DNA of 11,590 bases, taken from positions 1 through 11,590 of the forward strand of contig JBBCAV010000008.1 of the NCBI GenBank assembly GCA_051382305.1, in the 5' to 3' direction. Positions 8,143 to 11,590 of the stretch are shown here, piece after piece. Source of the DNA: Bdellovibrionota bacterium FG-2 (lineage in GTDB: Bacteria; Bdellovibrionota; UBA1018). The notes below the pieces were generated by a model. The model ran no database searches, was not told the origin of the DNA, and saw only the letters and a list, made by a program, of their open reading frames with translations. The position numbers were made by a program, and so were the translations under genes. Every line of letters begins with the position of its first letter. Positions within the stretch are counted from its first letter, which is position 1.

Positions 8143-9117
8143 GTGGTCAACACTCTCCTTCTCATTTCGGAAAACGTAGATGACCAGACTTTCGCTTCAG
8201 AAGTGGCGAGGGTTGCGGGGTTAACTCTGCGAGTTGCCGCGAACGTTCGGGCGGCCGTTGATTTTATTTCGGATCATGGCGCTTGTGTGATTTTCTATAA
8301 CGTTGCGTCCGAACAGGGTTATCGTGAGTTTGAGGATGTGATTCAAGAGAAGATTGGAATTTTTTCGGACCATTTAGATCCGAATCATATCCATTTTTTG
8401 TGTACCGAAAGTCTGGATCGAGTCCTCTATCTGCTGAAAAGTCCTTTGTTTGGAAATTTTATTTTAAGAAATTACGGCGATGCCAAGGTTTCAGGTGCGA
8501 TTTATGGGAAGACCGTTCGCTTCAAGTGTGTGACCGGTCAGCCGGGTTTGGGTTCGTTTCTCAAAGAAGGCGCGCAAATTCAAAAAGTAACTCTGGGGTC
8601 TTCGCTGCAAAAAGCTGATGCCGTCGAGGCGGTAAAGAATTATCTTCGTGCAGCAAAGTTTCAGTCCCGCGTTTCGTTAGTGATCGCAAACGCTGTGGAT
8701 GAATTGATTATGAATGCGATTTTTGATGCTCCGGTGGATGAAAAGGGGAAGATGATTTACAATTCGCTCCCGCGTTCCGCAGAGATTCAGCTTGAGGGTA
8801 CGGCTTCGGTGGAAATGCAGCTGGGTTTTGATGGGGTCTATGTAGGAATAAGCGTCGTTGATCATTTTGGGAGCTTGGATAAAGCGAGAATGCTCCAGTA
8901 TGTTTCCAAGAGTTATACTGCTGAAGATTACAAAGTGCGCATGACCAGTGCTTCGGCCGGAATTGGGCTCGCGACGGTGTTTCAGCTTGGAGGGAGTTTT
9001 ATTTTCAATAGTCAGCCTAAACAGAGAACTGCAGTGACAGTTTTGTTTCAGAAGACCCAAAATTATCGCGAATTCAAAGATCAGTTTCGGTTTCTTGTGA
9101 CACAGATTGATCGTTAG
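8143..9117 (+). CDS. GHKL/HATPase protein of RsbW/SpoIIAB type (putative Ser kinase/anti-sigma) with an N-terminal degenerate receiver-like domain
   Basis: N-box 'DELIMNA', G1-like 'ISVVDHFGSL', G2 'SAGIGL', and no His-containing H-box. The N-terminus follows a REC-like beta/alpha pattern. Confidence 0.72.
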   Translation: MVNTLLLISENVDDQTFASEVARVAGLTLRVAANVRAAVDFISDHGACVIFYNVASEQGYREFEDVIQEKIGIFSDHLDPNHIHFLCTESLDRVLYLLKSPLFGNFILRNYGDAKVSGAIYGKTVRFKCVTGQPGLGSFLKEGAQIQKVTLGSSLQKADAVEAVKNYLRAAKFQSRVSLVIANAVDELIMNAIFDAPVDEKGKMIYNSLPRSAEIQLEGTASVEMQLGFDGVYVGISVVDHFGSLDKARMLQYVSKSYTAEDYKVRMTSASAGIGLATVFQLGGSFIFNSQPKQRTAVTVLFQKTQNYREFKDQFRFLVTQIDR

Positions 9118-9127
9118 GAGATTTATC

Positions 9128-9811
9128 ATGGGTAAAGAAGATTTGCTGGCCGTACCCATTGTCTTGGCGTCAACTTCGCCTCGAAGGTCGGACTTGCTCA
9201 AGCAAATGGGGCTGGAATTTTTTGTTGAATCACCCAATGTGCGCGAAATTAGAAAAAAGGGGGAATCTCCCCGTGAAATGGTTCGAAGACTTGCGCATGA
9301 AAAGGCTGCCTCACTCGAAGAGGCAAGTCTACGGCGATTCGGCGCGGCCCTTATCATTGCGGCAGATACAATTGTCATCGCGCCGGACGGTAAGAGGGTT
9401 TTGGGAAAACCGCGAAGCGTTTTAGAGGCGAAGAAGATGTTAGCGTTGCTTTCTGGGAAAACGCATACCGTTTATACGGCTTATTGTGTTTTGGCGGTAT
9501 CGAGGGGCATTCTCTCCGGCGGGGATCGGCGGCGAATTTTGCGTGTTGTTTCAAGTCGGGTTCGTATTCGGAAATTGTCTCGTGAGGATATCGTGAATTA
9601 TGTCGCAACAGGTGAGCCGATGGATAAAGCAGGCTCTTATGCGGCTCAAGGATTAGGGATGGCGCTCATTGAATCGATAGTGGGTAGTTATACCAATGTC
9701 GTGGGTCTGCCTGTTTCTCATTTGCTCGGAGATCTTGAGGACCAGTTTGGGCTGCCGCTGTTTGCGCTCAAGGGCAATGCCAATGCCAAGCGCTTGGATC
9801 TTTTGGGTTAA
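9128..9811 (+). CDS. maf: Maf-family nucleoside triphosphate pyrophosphatase, YhdE-type (dTTP/UTP)
   Basis: LASTSPRR, LAHEKA, IAADT, LGKP, LSGKTH, DKAGSYAAQG, NVVGLP. The R/T/Q residues match the YhdE subfamily. AGGAG at 9116-9120 precedes ATG 9128. Confidence 0.95.
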   Translation: MGKEDLLAVPIVLASTSPRRSDLLKQMGLEFFVESPNVREIRKKGESPREMVRRLAHEKAASLEEASLRRFGAALIIAADTIVIAPDGKRVLGKPRSVLEAKKMLALLSGKTHTVYTAYCVLAVSRGILSGGDRRRILRVVSSRVRIRKLSREDIVNYVATGEPMDKAGSYAAQGLGMALIESIVGSYTNVVGLPVSHLLGDLEDQFGLPLFALKGNANAKRLDLLG

Positions 9812-9814
9812 GGT

Positions 9815-10489
9815 GTGAGTAGCGGGCTTGATGAAAATTACCGAGGGGTTTGCGCGCGCATTGTGGGCGCTTCCAGGCCGGGGCAGGTGGTGACCCTCGT
9901 TGCCGTGAGTAAGTTTCAAACCGATGATTCTGTTGAAGCGCTCTATCGTTTGGGGCATCGAGATTTTGGCGAAAGTTATGTTCAAGATTTGGTGAAGCGT
10001 GCGGGGGAGTTAAAGCGGCGTGGGTGCGGGGAAATGCGGTGGCATTTCATCGGTCATCTTCAAACTAACAAAGTCAAAGCGCTGCTTCCTTGGGTGATTT
10101 CGATTCATTCGGTGGATTCGGTGAAGCTTGCGCGCGAAATCTCCAAGCGCTGGGGTGCGCCCGAGGCGTTGCCAATCTTCGTGGAAGTGAATATTGATGA
10201 GGAGCCGAGTAAGGCGGGGTTCAAGTCCAGTGATGTTTTGGGTGGGCTTGAAGAAATCGCACGTTTACCCGGGATTTCGGTTCAAGGATTGATGTGCGTC
10301 CCTTCGGAGGAAGGGGATCCGGCGATTGCCTTTAGGCGACTTCGGGAGTTAAGTTTGCGCGCAGGTGCGTTGACTCAAGGGGCATTGTCCATGGGGATGT
10401 CATCGGACTTTGAGATGGCGATTCGAGAAGGGGCGACCCATGTTCGGGTGGGGGGCTTTATTTTTGGGGAGAGGCCAATAAGCCCTTAG
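9815..10489 (+). CDS. yggS: Pyridoxal phosphate homeostasis protein, YggS/PROSC family
   Basis: LVAVSK (PLP lysine), FGESYVQ, WHFIGHLQTNK, IHSVDS, GLMC, LSMGMSSDF, GATHVRVG. Confidence 0.96.
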   Translation: MSSGLDENYRGVCARIVGASRPGQVVTLVAVSKFQTDDSVEALYRLGHRDFGESYVQDLVKRAGELKRRGCGEMRWHFIGHLQTNKVKALLPWVISIHSVDSVKLAREISKRWGAPEALPIFVEVNIDEEPSKAGFKSSDVLGGLEEIARLPGISVQGLMCVPSEEGDPAIAFRRLRELSLRAGALTQGALSMGMSSDFEMAIREGATHVRVGGFIFGERPISP

Positions 10490-10531
10490 GGGCTGGCCAA
10501 AGAAATCGGGTTATGCTAGTTCTCTAAGTAC

Positions 10532-10608
10532 GAGCCCGTAGCTCAGTTGGATAGAGTGTCAGCCTCCGAAGCTGAAGGTCACTGGTTCGACCCCAGTCGG
10601 GCTCGCCA
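10532..10608 (+). tRNA. tRNA-Arg, anticodon CCG
   Basis: 77-nt cloverleaf: acceptor GAGCCCG/CGGGCTC, D arm GCTC-AGTTGGATA-GAGT, anticodon arm TCAGC-CTCCGAA-GCTGA, T arm ACTGG-TTCGACC-CCAGT, discriminator G, encoded CCA. Confidence 0.97.
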
Positions 10609-11523
10609 TTTTTTTAATGGCAACTTCCCGTTATTATTGAGGTTGTCTTGCTGATCCGAGGGGTCAGCACTTTCGTCTGCACACCGCTCCATAGGGCTGT
10701 GAGACACTAATGTAACAAACTCAGCCCCTTTTGATGATGTTGTTGAATCTCGATTGATGTCGGCAGAACTCGCAACATCTCCCTTAATCTTCGCTGAACT
10801 GGTTCGTTTCATAGCCGTATCGAGGCAATTCTCTAGGTTTTTAGACGAGATTCCAGATTGCTGTGCGAGAGTTGATACAAATTCTGTAAAGAGCGCCGTC
10901 ACCCTCTCACTATTTTCTGAAGCGGCTCGATTGTCAAAACGAAAATCATCTTGAACCTTAAGATCTCCATCTAAAAGGTGAGTGTAGATATTCGAGGTCA
11001 TGCTGATATCGGAGTGCCCGAGGATCATCGAAACCTTTTTTAAGCCCCATCCGGCGCGGATCTTGTTGCTCCCGTAGCTATGGCGAAGCGTGTGGATGCC
11101 AATTCGCTTGTCGATCGCTGCACGTTTTGCGGCTCTTTTTAGGGGACGAAGAAACGAATCTTTATGCTGACAGAATCCTTTTTGACCTTTGAAGACGTAC
11201 TCGACCTTACGATTAAAGTCCTTTATTGAGTCCCAAGCGGCGTTTTCCATGGGAATAGTTCGCGGTTTTCCATTCTTGCTTTCTCGAACATGAATAAAGC
11301 CAGCGGATCGATCAATATCGGTCCATTTTAACCTGAGTGCTTCGGAGCGACGAAGGCAGGTATTTGCAAGAAATCGGACAAAAGAGAAGAGCAGAGGGTT
11401 TCTTGCAGGTCGTCCCTCGGTTAGTTGAAATTTAAAGTTGAGTGGTTCACTCTCTCGGTTACCCAGCCAAAGAGAACTAACCCGCCGGAAACCCGGCAAG
11501 GAAAGGAACCACTCATGTCTCAA
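10579..11523 (-). CDS. Tyrosine recombinase/integrase catalytic domain plus long C-terminal tail. Integrase-like sequence begins only at about 11406, so it is probably a 5'-interrupted gene.
   Basis: Catalytic set R58 (LRRSE), K83 (ESKNG), H144xxR147 (HTLR), H170 (LGH), Y180 (IYTH). No core-binding domain precedes it, and the first ~39 codons do not look integrase-like. Confidence 0.88.
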   Translation of the reverse strand: MRHEWFLSLPGFRRVSSLWLGNRESEPLNFKFQLTEGRPARNPLLFSFVRFLANTCLRRSEALRLKWTDIDRSAGFIHVRESKNGKPRTIPMENAAWDSIKDFNRKVEYVFKGQKGFCQHKDSFLRPLKRAAKRAAIDKRIGIHTLRHSYGSNKIRAGWGLKKVSMILGHSDISMTSNIYTHLLDGDLKVQDDFRFDNRAASENSERVTALFTEFVSTLAQQSGISSKNLENCLDTAMKRTSSAKIKGDVASSADINRDSTTSSKGAEFVTLVSHSPMERCADESADPSDQQDNLNNNGKLPLKKWRARLGSNQ

Positions 11524-11590
11524 CTACACATCGTCAAGCAGAAGGGCAAGCGGAAGGTATTGAAGCCGATTACCCATGAACAGATTAGGA
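11408..11590 (+). mobile_element. Probable left end of an insertion sequence (tentatively IS256-like)
   Basis: Integrase-like coding stops abruptly at about 11407. It is followed by GGTCGTCCCTCGGTTAGTTGAAATT, a structured ~105-nt leader, a strong SD and a new basic ORF on the opposite strand. The family assignment is a recalled resemblance, not verified. Confidence 0.45.
11515..11590 (+). CDS. 5' fragment of a gene running off the window (MSQLHIVKQKGKRKVLKPITHEQIR...), possible transposase
   Basis: GAAAGGA at 11501-11507 lies 7 nt before ATG 11515, and the frame is open to the window end. It is not in the supplied ORF track. Confidence 0.6.
   Translation, partial: MSQLHIVKQKGKRKVLKPITHEQIR

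Larger units (their letters stand above)
10579..11590. mobile_element. Edge of a tRNA-Arg(CCG)-integrated genomic island or prophage; att core expected in the tRNA 3' half
   Basis: A tyrosine integrase lies immediately downstream of, and converges on, a tRNA 3' end, directly after housekeeping genes. The second att copy is not in the window. Confidence 0.65.

Noticed and set aside
9107-9127. ORF-track TTG start for maf
   Set aside because: ATG 9128 follows AGGAG at a good spacing and avoids overlap with the kinase gene.
8677-9378. 233-aa antisense ORF spanning the kinase and maf
   Set aside because: It overlaps two supported genes on the other strand, with no recognisable domain.
10481-10494. 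AGCCC-TTAG-GGGCT hairpin over the yggS stop codon as a terminator
   Set aside because: It has only a 5-bp stem and no U-tract.
10605-10621. GCCATT-TTTTT-AATGGC hairpin at the tRNA 3' end as a terminator
   Set aside because: It has a weak 6-bp stem that uses the CCA end itself, with no following U-tract.
1-11590. CRISPR array, rRNA, toxin-antitoxin or anti-phage defence genes
   Set aside because: No regularly spaced repeats or recognisable motifs for these were seen. Any island cargo lies beyond the window.

Overview
This is a bacterial window of roughly 50% GC. The gene content suggests Bdellovibrionota or a related deltaproteobacterial lineage, which is inference only. From left to right: (1) the 3' part of a MacAB-TolC-type ABC efflux operon (TolC fragment, lipoprotein adaptor, ATPase, permease); (2) a ferredoxin-reductase-family flavoprotein divergent from tatA; (3) a compact divergent signalling locus, with a membrane SpoIIE/PP2C phosphatase and a FecR-domain protein on the minus strand, and a STAS-like zinc-ribbon protein and a pseudo-receiver/RsbW-like GHKL kinase on the plus strand. 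Together these look like a partner-switching module with no sigma factor in view; (4) maf, yggS and tRNA-Arg(CCG); (5) the edge of a tRNA-integrated element. Its tyrosine integrase reads antisense into the tRNA and ends inside it, and the integrase 5' part appears to be interrupted by an IS-like element that runs off the window end.
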